A stretch of DNA of 64,000 bases from Ramazzottius varieornatus (Eukaryota > Animalia > Tardigrada). Below the pieces are notes generated by a model, which made no database searches, was not told where the DNA came from, and saw only the letters and a program-made list of their open reading frames with translations. The stretch lies in assembly GCA_001949185.1 (NCBI GenBank), contig BDGG01000003.1, forward strand, positions 500,679 to 564,678, given 5' to 3'. Each line of letters opens with the position of its first letter. Within the stretch, counting starts at the first letter, position 1. Below, piece after piece: positions 39,801 through 50,909 of the stretch. A program made the position numbers and the translations under genes.

Positions 39801-41837
39801 GTTGAAGTTGACGTATCATTTTGAGAAGGATAATGTGAGTACGAGGGGGAGGAATAAACAGTCAATGTGGGCAGTTGTCCAGCGAATTCAGCTTGTCAAA
39901 AGGGCGGCCTGGATGGATCTGGATGAGGGATGTCTAATGTGGACTTTCATCCGTCATCCCCTAATTTTCAAATGAAGCCCAAAATTGTGGAGCAGATCGA
40001 ATACCCTGCTGCTGTTCCCAGATTCATCCATCACGTTCTCGACTGGGCAAACACACCGTAGAACGGTTTTTATCAGTTCCGTAGAATCTACCCTCCCCCC
40101 CCTCCATCCCCTGACCCGTCAGCCGTACCTCGCTCTGGACATGAGTTTTCATTTTGTCCGCAAGGTTGCTGTGCTTTCAGTGCACATGTTTTGATGGTAC
40201 GAATGAAGGTGTGTTGCCTTTAAGATACATCAACAGCAGACGTGTCCGTTTGAGGTTAAAAGGATGGTAAACACAGGCAGTGAGGAAAGGCTGCTGGACG
40301 GTACAAAGCCGGTTGGGCACGAGAAGGCCATCCTGTCAAAAGTCAACGTGAATTTTTCACCGTCATTATGCAGTGGGAGCATCACTCGACAAAAGCGCTA
40401 TTGACTCTGATATATATATATCGTCAACTGTGCAACTGTCCACCGCACAGCTTTTGACCACTTGCAAAAGTGGTAGCACAACAAAGTCAAGCAAAGTGAA
40501 GCAGAGTTGAACAAAGTGTCTTGTGCTTCTCAAATAATATCCCTTCTCAGCTTCCCTCACTGCACAGTCCAGATTTCTGTGTACACAATCCTCGAAACTA
40601 CTGTTCAGTTTACGGTATACATCGCGTGAATCCAGACGGCACACTCCAGTTTGCTCGCACGACATTCCCCAATTTCAATGCAAACATTCCCTAATTTTCC
40701 AATACTTCTCCAAGATCGAGAACACAACAAAAATAAAGGTTCGCGTTCTCGTTAACCCTTAGAAAATTTTCCGAACGTTTGAATGGGATACAAATCATTA
40801 GACTTTACGTGGTCGGAGGAGTGTACACGCACCACGAGAAACTATGGACCAGTAAAAATTATGGACCAGACCTTATCGCTACAGCGGTACGGAAACATGT
40901 ACTGTACGTACGTACGCGACTGATTCACTCTAATACACTTTCCGACACTTTGCCACGTTTAATTTTCAATGTTGCCGCCTTTTCGGCCTTGCCCATAAAT
41001 TTGTACTGGCCCATAATTTCTCGTCGTGCGTGTACTGAAGTTTACCATGCTGGTATGCCTGGGTGCGTGAAAAAGAACTCGGCATTTTTCTGCGCATATT
41101 CGACCAAACTGGCAGAAATGGTAGATTTGATTTGGTGATGATTACAATGTCTGCTAATGACAATGTCTTCGTACCTGCGAGACGTTCATGGTATTGAGAG
41201 GTGCGCATTGTTCTTGGACGCTCTCGACGGCGCCCGTTCTTTTCTTGCGTCTGCCGGCCTCTTGAGCCAGGAAGGCGTCCAGCACCGGCCCGCCACGACC
41301 AGCCATCTCCGTCTCGGTCAGCGAATTCAGGAGAAGCAGCAACCACACTGGGCGCTTCCTTTGCCAGTCACTGGTCAAGGCACTGAAAAGGTAGTCGCTG
41401 TACAGCCCCGCCACGGGACTCTCCTTACTCTGCATCCACTTGGGCAGCATTCGTTGCACGTAGACCAGGTGAGCTTGAACGCGAGTGAAGAGCGGGGCAG
41501 GAAGGATTTGGCTGAGGTGTTGCGTGGGTGGAAGGAGCTGACAACGAGCCAGGGATTGGATGGTGTGCCGGTCGGATAGATCTAGCTCGAAGATGACTTG
41601 GTCGGACGAGTCAAAGGCGGACTTGGTGGCGGGAGAGACAAAGTCCCAGACTTTGCTGTAGGGGACGTGAATCGTACCGAAAAAGTATGAACTCTTGGAG
41701 GGAAAGGTGGAGTTGGAACTCGAGGAGAGATACGCTTTTTCGATGGACCAGAGGAAGGAGTTTCGAGTTTGACCCTCTTTGGAACAAACGGGGTGGAACG
41801 CGCAGGAGAAGTTCACCGTGAAAGACATGACGATACC
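36854..41837 (-). CDS. TRABD2: Tiki (TraB-domain) metalloprotease, multi-exon; first exon uncertain (possibly ~42190-42303)
   Basis: NSFLWSI, SYFFGTIHVPY, FELDL, WQRKRPVW, PVLDAFL, AVESVQEQC, YNCGDL, ELIHKRNRRMA, FFAFGAGHFLGN; the last exon (36854-37050) encodes a hydrophobic GPI/TM-like tail. Confidence 0.92.
37571..37632. repeat. Palindromic module (Tiki intron)
   Basis: Spacer 37582-37607 (26 nt). Confidence 0.8.
38341..38549. repeat. Best-preserved element: outer inverted arms plus two tandem palindromic modules (Tiki intron)
   Basis: AGCTCGGCAAACAAACTCGACCAGATCG...CGATCTGGTCGAAGTTGTTTGCCGAACT; spacers 38390-38416 and 38474-38500, both 27 nt. Confidence 0.92.
38717..39498. repeat. ~790 bp dispersed repeat, copy 2 (inverted, inside a Tiki intron)
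   Basis: Near-identical reverse complement of 27285-28066. Confidence 0.92.
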
Positions 41838-41875
41838 CTGGAAAGAAAATGGTGCCCAGTTCGTGGCCTGTCATG

Positions 41876-41940
41876 TCAAGTGGCGCAGGCTACCATTGTC
41901 ATTGTTCGAAGGTGCGCACCACTTGGGAAAAACGATCTGG
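41876..41940. repeat. Palindromic module (upstream of the first confidently identified Tiki exon)
   Basis: Spacer 41888-41914 (27 nt); right arm CGCACCACTTG...CGATCTGG. Confidence 0.82.
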
Positions 41941-43554
41941 TTCGATTCATTTTCGCATGCCCCATATACGACTTGCTAATATAATGCAAAAAAATTTACT
42001 TACTATGAAAATTAGTTTATGGACTTTCCAGCGTCTTGAAGTAACGTTCGGCCAATTAATCCCATCAAGAAAGTATTCCATAATTTAATCCACAAGGCAA
42101 GCAATTAGTCCTTGTCGATTAAGCGCAACAGGGCGTAATAATCTTCTAGCATAAGGATAAGCGACCAGCGATTTTCCGGTTGACTGGACCGGTAACCAGA
42201 ACAGGGATGCTATCCATCGGAGCTTATCATTGCTCCATTTCCATTTCCAACAGCCGTGGCCCATGTTCACCAAAAGCCACAACAATACTCCCTCATAAAA
42301 CACCTGCAGAAACCTTCGGCATAATTTCCACTGAACTTATCCTGACAGCATCACCTTTAATGCAATTACGCTAAATTGTCCGTCGGTTAACCCGCTTCCT
42401 CGTCAAAGCGTAAACATAATCGAAATGGACTCGACTGGAAGATCGCCTGTCTCTTCTTGTACTTTCTTTGAAACCGGCTATTCACTTCCATTGGTTGGAA
42501 GACCTAGAGTGGGTGGAGTCACAGTGTACTGTAGTCGTCGGCTTCGTTGGAGCTTTCAGTTGATTGTTCTGTGAAGAGAAGAAGGCCTTCTGTGTGGACG
42601 TTGCGTGTTTTGCAGCGAAAACAGCGTAATCCATTAATTCGCACCTGCCATCTCTCATTTTGTTAACTTTTGTCTACTTTTGTTCTACAGGCGATGCTTG
42701 AGCCGTAAAGCCTACACAATTACCGTGTTGGAACATGGCGTGCCGTCCGATGGATCAAAGCGCCGGCAGATAAGCCTGTGTACGCAAGCCCTTCAATCAA
42801 CGCAGACATAAACTTTCGCCGCCATGCAGCCCAAAGATTTGTTCAATGTGTCAACACTACGGAGAACACACTTCGATGAGAGTACGTAAGGGTTTTCCAA
42901 GCTTTCATACCAAAAAAGACGTGTCACTGTTCTTGCGTGCTCTTGGGAAACCGAGTTTCTCAGACTTCTGAAAATTTTTGAAAGAACTGTGCTTGTTTAA
43001 GTGACTATTGAAGCCAGGGAAGACGACAGGCAATACACGTGTCTGTCTCGCCTTTTATGCCTTCGATTTCGTCCCATCCCTTTGGTCGGTTTCTTGGTCC
43101 TTCTGACGAAGCAAAGTGCCGAAAGCGAGTTCATCATAACCTGACTACTGTTTCAACAAAGATCTAGTTCGAACTCGTTAGTCCAGAGAACCACCATGAC
43201 TTTTACAGAACCGAAACTTCACTGTTTAAACGAAGCTTTTGGGCAGCGGTAGAGCCGCATCCACTTATCAAAGACAATAGGGAATTCATCTCAAGGAAAC
43301 TTTCGCGGTGGCGCCACCTTCTGCCAAACCATGACTGTAAGTGCTGCAGCAGAACAGATGAAAGGCAAACGAAACCCGAAGCGAAGGCCCAACTATCGAG
43401 AACGTTCAAACTAACTAAGAAGCAATTATGAGCGTTCGTTTCACGAGGGCAAAACAAGTTAAAGTTAGAACTGCACAACCGGTTGAGATCCACAAGTATC
43501 GTCATCAGCATCGTTCACAACGGATCTGTCTTTTCAGACAATATTACTGTCATG

Positions 43555-43842
43555 CTATCCCAGCCCAAATCCAAACCGGCTTCTGGCCCTTTGAAGGCTT
43601 CCGTAAGGCCTGGCGACGGGCACGGACACCGTCCGGCGCTGATTTGTCTTCTGTAGTCTGATCAGACTTTTATCCATCTTTGCGAAGAGCCGAGATGTTT
43701 GTTCCGAGAACTCGAACTGCGAGTCAAAACGGTGCTTGTTTCGCCAGATCACTGACTGATCCCATATCCACCAGCTTGCTGCTGGTAGAATGTAACAGGA
43801 GAGCAAAAGGAGACAGAATGTTGAGGACAAGTGGGGAAGCAT
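43555..43842 (-). CDS. Secreted peptide precursor ending RFGFGLG (FGL-amide, allatostatin-A-like), paralog 1, 95 aa
   Basis: Signal peptide MLPHLSSTFCLLLLSCYILPAAS; C-terminal RSRFGFGLG-stop; aligns along its full length with the ORF at 45002-45298. Confidence 0.75.
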   Translation of the reverse strand: MLPHLSSTFCLLLLSCYILPAASWWIWDQSVIWRNKHRFDSQFEFSEQTSRLFAKMDKSLIRLQKTNQRRTVSVPVARPYGSLQRARSRFGFGLG

Positions 43843-45001
43843 CGTTGTCGAGAAGGAGATTGGGTAATTTACTGGAGAATCAATCATCCATCTGCATCAA
43901 CGAATTGTCGGGAGCACGAAATAAACTTTCGTTATATGAAGCCAACTGGCGCATCTACGGGTAATGGAGATACAAGCGCGGTCCCCGAACATGGATGGAT
44001 GTAAGTTGTCGGACCTCGCTTATTATACACCACTTATGCGAGTGAGTTGAGTCCGAATGAATATTTGAACAGAAGTAGCCTAAATGTGGTACCCTGCAGG
44101 GATTTTGCATGCATGCGTCGATCCGGTTTGCGTAGAACGTGGAAGCGCGTTGGACTGAAGACTGTCGGTAAGCTACAGGCTGCTGCTTCAGAACGTCATA
44201 CTGTGGAAAGATCTTGTTAAAAGATTCACAGAGGTTCCAGGACCCTTTGGAGAAGCAAACAATACCCTAGGGTAGGTGCCTGCGTCAGCAAACTAGACAA
44301 CTATACAATCAAAGCAGCCCGAGCATTCGTCTCTTTGCCTCGCAGCTACTGTAGATTACTGCAAAAGGCGACGAGAGCCAGCTTGTTGTTGGTGGTATGT
44401 ATTGCGTTATCCTGTGCCGTTACCAGCACTGAAATCGACCTGGAAAAAAAGGTTAATGAACCGCCTCATCCCAGGCCATGGGAAAATCCTTCAGCGAGAA
44501 AGAGCTGCAGCTGGTAGAAGTGTTTCTCCCAGGTTAGAGCATTTCCATGTCTTCGATGACGGTATCTCGCAAGCTAACTTAGGTTTCCGTCAGCCCTAGT
44601 CAAGTCTGTTGTTTCTCGGCGGGAACTCATGCAGTTCCGTTTAGCTCATCCTGCATTTGCGAACTATCGCAGGTAGGCTAAACGTATGCACCGTCTTCGG
44701 GGTGAAGTTTCCTGTACGCTCAACCGGCAGGAGTACAAAGGCAATTCAGTTTTCACGAATTGCGGACCTCTGGTGAGGTAGTGAAATTCTCTTCATTAAT
44801 GAGAAAAATTAATATTGGCGGATTTGGCTGAATATGTAAGCGATACCAAAGCTACAATGAAAAAACTCTAAAATGTTTTCGTCAGAAAAGAAAACCACTT
44901 GCGCTAGAATTCATAACATCGGTCGTTGGTACGTCTCGTGGTCTGGAACTGCACAGTCCTTCAGGCGGTATATCCATCGCACACCATCGTATCATTGAGC
45001 T

Positions 45002-45298
45002 TCACCCCAGCCCGAATCCGAACCGACGCCGGTCTTTCTGTAGGCTCTCGTAGAGCCTGGCGTTGGGCATGAAGACCGCCAGTGGCTGTTGGTCCAACTT
45101 CTGCTGCTTGCCCAGACCTTTGTCCATTTTGCCCAACAGCATCGAGGTGTGTCCCAAAAGTGTAAACAACGGATCACGAGCCGCTCGGTTTCTTTGTTGT
45201 CGAACCATTGACCGATCCCACAAAAACAAACATTCAGATGGCAGAACGCAACACGCTAGCAGAATGACAGTAACTGAAAAGGTCGAATACGGAAACAT
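45002..45298 (-). CDS. Secreted peptide precursor ending RFGFGLG (FGL-amide, allatostatin-A-like), paralog 2, 98 aa
   Basis: Signal peptide MFPYSTFSVTVILLACCVLPSEC; C-terminal RRRFGFGLG-stop; shares WD.S, TS.L..KMDK.L and P.AR.Y.SLQ with paralog 1. Confidence 0.75.
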   Translation of the reverse strand: MFPYSTFSVTVILLACCVLPSECLFLWDRSMVRQQRNRAARDPLFTLLGHTSMLLGKMDKGLGKQQKLDQQPLAVFMPNARLYESLQKDRRRFGFGLG

Positions 45299-47506
45299 CG
45301 TTCTCCTGATCAGCTTCGAGTCTCACCGCGCTGTTCGAAGTGCGACCGGTAAATGCAACAACTCCAAAGCTTTTGTAGGATTAGCGAGAAACTAACGAAC
45401 TAAGTATGGAAACGAAGAACGAATTGAAAAAGGGAGTTTCCCGTGGATGATCTGTAAAGATGGCTCCGAGATATGATGGTAGGGGGTGAGCCGACAGTTT
45501 TGGTCTCCGTCCGCCTGAGTTGCCGTGCAGAGAAATCGCGATGAACGGTCGACAAGACCGGCGGTAAACGAAACTAACGATGTGCGGAAGGATTTCTTGA
45601 AGCCATTTCGTTCAGACGCAATTTGAAGACTGAAAAAGCTCGCTCGGGCCTGTGTATCGACGTAATTGTCACCAAGTTCGAGAAGCAAATGAAGAGGATT
45701 CAACTTCGTTGACGCGGCTGAAAGCGGGGACCAGGTGTGGCACTGTTTGGCTAACTACCGCGTCCTCGGTGACTAAGGTTTTTTCAAGCGTTCTAAAGTT
45801 GTCGCCTCACGTGTTACTTTACGTGCTGCACCGTACTGATGAGCACGAAGGTAAAGGATAATTGTTTTTTCTTAAATTTCAACAACATCCCCGATGCTCC
45901 GAAATGGTGAAGAAGTGAAGAAAAACACCACACCTGGCGTGGGTGTTTTCTGCCGAGAAAGGGCACTTCCGCCTTTGTTCACGATGCGGGCATGAAGTTT
46001 TCTTCCATGTCACGAAAGTCCTGAAATAGCGCACCGACAGAAAAATTTTCGCTACTACAGAGCACGCTGAATCTGGGCGCGATCTACGGAAACAAGTCCC
46101 TGTGCTGTTCCACTTGCATGCATCAAGACGGAGATGGATATTGAAGCCTGTACAATTTCTGCTGATGCCAGTATTTGGTTGACAATTTGAAGAACTTCTA
46201 GTGCCAAGAAGCGAAACGAGGCTGCTTTCCCCTGGGAATATTCCCAAGCTCCCTACGATTCAAGCTTGGATTACAAGTATACTGTACACTTACAATAGAA
46301 GTTACAAACAAGCATAGAGGCGGAGTATTGATACCTGACCATAGCGCTACAATAAGGGCTCACAAAGACCAAGCTGGCTTGGTGGTGTAATTACACCAGC
46401 TACTTTGGTGGATACGCCCAGAATATTTTTTCGACCAGTTAGGAAAGCGGTGTAACGGCTCGGTTTGAAAGCCCCGCACAGCAGGTAAGTACGATCGGAG
46501 GATTATCAGATCTGTGATGTCGGAGGAACCACCATACACTCACCAGTAAGACGAGTAGCGAGAACATCCTATTCATGGAAGTGACATTTGAAGGTTTGGA
46601 GGGGAGCACAGCGTACTCGGGATGTTGGTCCAGTCTGGTGTAATTACGAGTCGTTCCGGAGCGACTCGCAATCACACCGAAAGTGTAATGTCTGGTGGAA
46701 TGAATAAACCAATCGTAAAGGTGTGGGTGGAGCCAATTGCACCAGCGTTGTAATTCCACCAGCGGTGTGATCTGTCTTTGTAAGCCCTTAATGAAGGAAG
46801 TGTGCGGTTGTTCATCCTTGAGATTTGCATTTCTGAATCGATATACTTACAATGAATTTCTACGGCTTTTCTACCATTCACGATACGGTCATTCAATCAT
46901 TCTGTACAGAGGACACGTACTCTCAGTTCGCAAAATGAAGACCCATAAATACTTTCCAACCTCCTTATGTAAAGCCGCTTATTGTCTTGGTCGGCTTCTT
47001 GGGACAGACTCGACGATGAATCAGCGGAAAAATGTTTGATGGAATCAAAGGGTCGGATTCGCTTCAATGAAAAGTCTAAATGCTGATACAACTCTTTTGG
47101 TCGGCAGACCTGTTCGGCCATGTAGACAAGGCTCAATTCTTGCCCGTAGATCAACTGCGAACTAGGTACGCAACATTCTCGACAGAGCAACGGCCAGCCA
47201 TACCCCGAACTCATTGCAGTGCTCGCCCGGTATCCATTTCCTGCTTCCGTACGTTGCCCAGCGACAGGTGGGCAGAACGAGGGTATTCTGTGAATAATTC
47301 GAACGAGATATCAACTGTCACCTGTCTAGACCGATTATCCGGGATACTTCTGGACCAGCGGATGACCGGCCGAAAGACTTCATTCGCGCCTCAATGTCTT
47401 AATTTTCTGGCTCGGCGTTTATTTGCTTCTCGAAGCGGGAGAGATTACTTGACGTCGAGTATGGTATCGAGACGAATGGAATAAATTTCTGGCATTGGAA
47501 TTTTTG

Positions 47507-49444
47507 ATGGAATTCCTTTCCAGGTTATATTTCTGCTGGTCAGTCGCCTTATCCTTTTTTATTGTGGAAATATTTGCCGACGAACCTCAAGTGACATACG
47601 ATCCATTAACTCACAAAGGTTTGATTGTCCTCAACGCCACCTCGAACGATCAGCCCATCCAGCCGGAAACTTCCTTCAACATCACCTGCAAGGCCATTGC
47701 CAAGCTCAGTTGGTACTTGAATAACACCGCCCTCGATCTTCTCGAACCACACACTTCCTACTACTTTGACGTGATTGAGGAAGACCTGACCGACGTCATC
47801 CACAACCACACCGAGACCGACCAGCTCGCCTACCAGTCCACGCTCCTCGTCAACCATGCCTCCAAAGCCCACGAAGGCACCTACCAGTGTGTCGTATACG
47901 CCACCGACAACGTCACCGGCAAAACTGAAAAGTTTGTCGAGGAGATTAGCATCACCCTTGCTGAGGTCCTCGTCTTCGCTGGACCGAACGTTGTCCCTCC
48001 GGAGAATACAGAGTATCCTCCTTCAGTAACTTTAACGTGCCGTTTACAAGCCAATGTACCCGTCAATGTCACCTGGGCTTTCCATCATCACTACTTGAAG
48101 AACGATACTGAGCGTCATCTGATTCTCCATGAGGGCCCGTGGACCAATCTGACCATTGTCAAGCCGACGAAAGATGACCTGGGTCGGTACGCTTGTTTAG
48201 CTCGCCGTGTGGACGAAACGGACCGGATGCATCCCTTCGCCTCCCTTGGCTTTGTCTACTTCGGCAATGCCTCAGACTCCCAAGACGACGATGTGGATGA
48301 CTATGATGAAAGTACGAAGGAAGTCGATTACTTCGTGCAGAACCTGTTGGAGATTGTTTACGATGTGGAACCACCTGCGATGACTATTATGACATGTACT
48401 CTCAACACGACATTTCACGTTGTCCACAGACCAAGCGCAGCCTTCCCCAAAGAAGTTGAGATACTGTGTACGCCACCTGTAGGTTACGTGTTACACAGCG
48501 AAGCCGTCCCAACTTGGCTTTTCAAAAACAATGCGTCGGACACTGCACAATTTCAAACCATACTAGACAAAGATGGCCGGCCCGTCAGGATGGAATCTTC
48601 GTTCAACGAGGACAGCAAGAAAGCAGCTCACTGGTTCACTCGAGTGTACGACAACAAGACGTTCGGCTTAGTCATCCGTGATCCGACGTTTCAGGATGAG
48701 GGACTCTACAGAGTACAGACTACGTTGGCCAAAGCCGAAACTGCAGATCAGAAAGGACCTGACCAGACGTTCGCTCCGATGAAGCTGGAAGCTCAGCCGT
48801 CGATCGACCCATACTTTGAACTGTCATACGCTGTGGACGTGGGTAACCCTATAGACCTGTCATGTAATGCTTGGAGTGAGAGTGTATTCAGCCCGACCGT
48901 GATCACCTGGTGGAAAAATGGCGAGGTGTTCGTGCCTGACGGAGATCGAGTCAAGTTAGGGTCGGCCACTTACCAGAACGGTTCGAACACACTGTCCTTT
49001 ACCACGACTCAATATGATGACAGAGCGGAGTATAACTGTACAGCCACGAATGACGCAGGGACTTCCTCGACCAAGTCAACACTTCGGGTGCAGAACCCCT
49101 ATAGGTTTGTCGGACCGCTGGTGGCCTTGTTTGTATGCCTGCTACTGACCGCTGCGTTGGTGTACGCGGAACAGTGGTGGAGGAAGAAGCATCCGTTGGT
49201 GCCACGTAAGTCCAGTGTGTCGGTGGCTGAAGAGAGTACGGTGTTGTTGAACAAGAAGATGGAGCACCAACATTCGCTACCGCAGTCCATAGTTATTCCC
49301 ATGGTTGCTCAAGGCCAAGAAGTCTACCCCATTTATGTGGTGGATGCTGCTGTCAAATGGCGGACCTTTGTGGAGAGAAAGAAAGCCTTAAGGGCAGGAA
49401 TTCCGCTATCCGGTATTTCCAGCAAAGGGAAAATGACTTTCTGA
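47507..49444 (+). CDS. Type I membrane protein with about four Ig domains, basigin/neuroplastin-like
   Basis: Hydrophobic leader; Ig motifs NITC...W...EGTYQC, TLTC...W...DLGRYAC, DEGLYRV, LSC...W...DRAEYNC; TM FVGPLVALFVCLLLTAALVYA followed by RKK. Confidence 0.85.
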   Translation: MEFLSRLYFCWSVALSFFIVEIFADEPQVTYDPLTHKGLIVLNATSNDQPIQPETSFNITCKAIAKLSWYLNNTALDLLEPHTSYYFDVIEEDLTDVIHNHTETDQLAYQSTLLVNHASKAHEGTYQCVVYATDNVTGKTEKFVEEISITLAEVLVFAGPNVVPPENTEYPPSVTLTCRLQANVPVNVTWAFHHHYLKNDTERHLILHEGPWTNLTIVKPTKDDLGRYACLARRVDETDRMHPFASLGFVYFGNASDSQDDDVDDYDESTKEVDYFVQNLLEIVYDVEPPAMTIMTCTLNTTFHVVHRPSAAFPKEVEILCTPPVGYVLHSEAVPTWLFKNNASDTAQFQTILDKDGRPVRMESSFNEDSKKAAHWFTRVYDNKTFGLVIRDPTFQDEGLYRVQTTLAKAETADQKGPDQTFAPMKLEAQPSIDPYFELSYAVDVGNPIDLSCNAWSESVFSPTVITWWKNGEVFVPDGDRVKLGSATYQNGSNTLSFTTTQYDDRAEYNCTATNDAGTSSTKSTLRVQNPYRFVGPLVALFVCLLLTAALVYAEQWWRKKHPLVPRKSSVSVAEESTVLLNKKMEHQHSLPQSIVIPMVAQGQEVYPIYVVDAAVKWRTFVERKKALRAGIPLSGISSKGKMTF

Positions 49445-50909
49445 AGATTGAACTTTATGCTGTGAATGTACTTTTTCCTCAACGGGTAAGGCTTACCCAC
49501 CTTTTACTGTTTTTAACTGCTGGTCGTCTTCCAGCGGGATAACATTTTTGACAAGAGTTATTTCTTGAGGTAGTTTTTTGCTGCTGTTTGGCAGAAGTGA
49601 GGCTTGTAAATGAGATGCTTCTCCTCGATGTACTAGAAGTGGTGCCTTAACTTGGTCGAATAAAAGCTGGCGTTCGATCAAACTGTCGGGTTTAAGCAGC
49701 AGTCTCACTGGTGCAGCCACCCACCCCAAGAGCTTAGCTCCCAACTTCCCGTCGTGGAAACGAGCTCCATTGCATATAGGTGGCAGTCTAGCCAGACAGA
49801 CGAGGCCAGTAGCAGCGCCGTTCTACTTAATATCCTGACCGTGGAAATTGCTGCCAAGTTTCGCAGCGAACCACCTGTTCGTTACGGGTACCGCTAAAAT
49901 ATTGATGGTCTGCTCACCCAGCTGCAGGCTCGGCAAAGTGAAGTCAATAATTATTGGTCAATTTCGCACCTTGATCACCGGGTGGGAAACTCACTTTCCC
50001 GGCGCACACTGATACGTGCGTTCCAGTTTAACTTTTTCTCTTTATTTTTTGCTAGTTGCCTGAAGAATCAACTGCTCTCTAAACTACAACTGGCAGCCAC
50101 TGGACAGTGTATCTGCAACAGGATGGAAATTTCGTCCTAGCCAGCAAGCCTTTTCAGTCAGGCTTTCGGTTGGGCCAGTGTCTTCAGAATTATTCTAGCC
50201 TTAGTCTAAACACTTCTGCATCTAGCAAATGTTTCAGATTCGAGAAATGATCTGTTCGGTGGTCAAGAGAAAAACATGAAGGTTGGCCGTTTCAAGGCGA
50301 TAGGTGGTGCACTGTTCACCATATTCCCAAATCTCCGCCATTCGAGAAGGTGGTGATTGGGCATATTTGGCAACGCCCCCGAATTCGACCACGTGAAAAA
50401 GGCGAAAGTGACTTTCGCACCCCGTATTTTGATAGCCCGAAATCGTGTGGTGCTCCAGGTGTTGAAAGTGTGGTAGGACAATAATTCTGGTTTAGGTTGA
50501 GTTTACGATGTCGTAAAACTTTCTGTTCTTTATGGGCGAACTAGTGAGGACAGCTCAGCTGTGTGGTAAGAAATTACCCTGCGACGGGCTAGTGAGTTTG
50601 CTTTCTTTGACACTTTGCCGCAGGCGAAAAGCTCTGGGTTTATTATGGTGCGAGTCTAGGTTTTTACGGATGTCGCACGAGCTGCTTACACTGTTTTTTT
50701 ACCGGCTCATGTCGTACGCGAAGTGCGGTCTAGCATATGTTCTCATTATTGAAGGACAAAGAGCCAGTCGACTTAACCGATTGTCTACGTTGCTGCAACT
50801 CATCAGTGCATCAAGATAAATTTTCTCGCAATTTGTCCCCAAGCTTCACGAGCAATCTCATCTACATGAACTCTTTACCAAGCTGTTTCTGTCTTTAACT
50901 ACCATATGC

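Noticed and set aside
39500-40680. Possible transposon debris in the large Tiki intron
   Set aside because: No diagnostic motif or termini recognisable.
44335-44517. Short + strand ORF with a hydrophobic stretch between the FGL-amide genes
   Set aside because: No ATG, no similarity to the neighbouring genes, no convincing exon structure.
46439-47484. Overlapping short ORFs, with a kelch-like HSRYGHS and a DIRS-like DLF motif
   Set aside because: Isolated short matches among many stops; no coherent gene or element.
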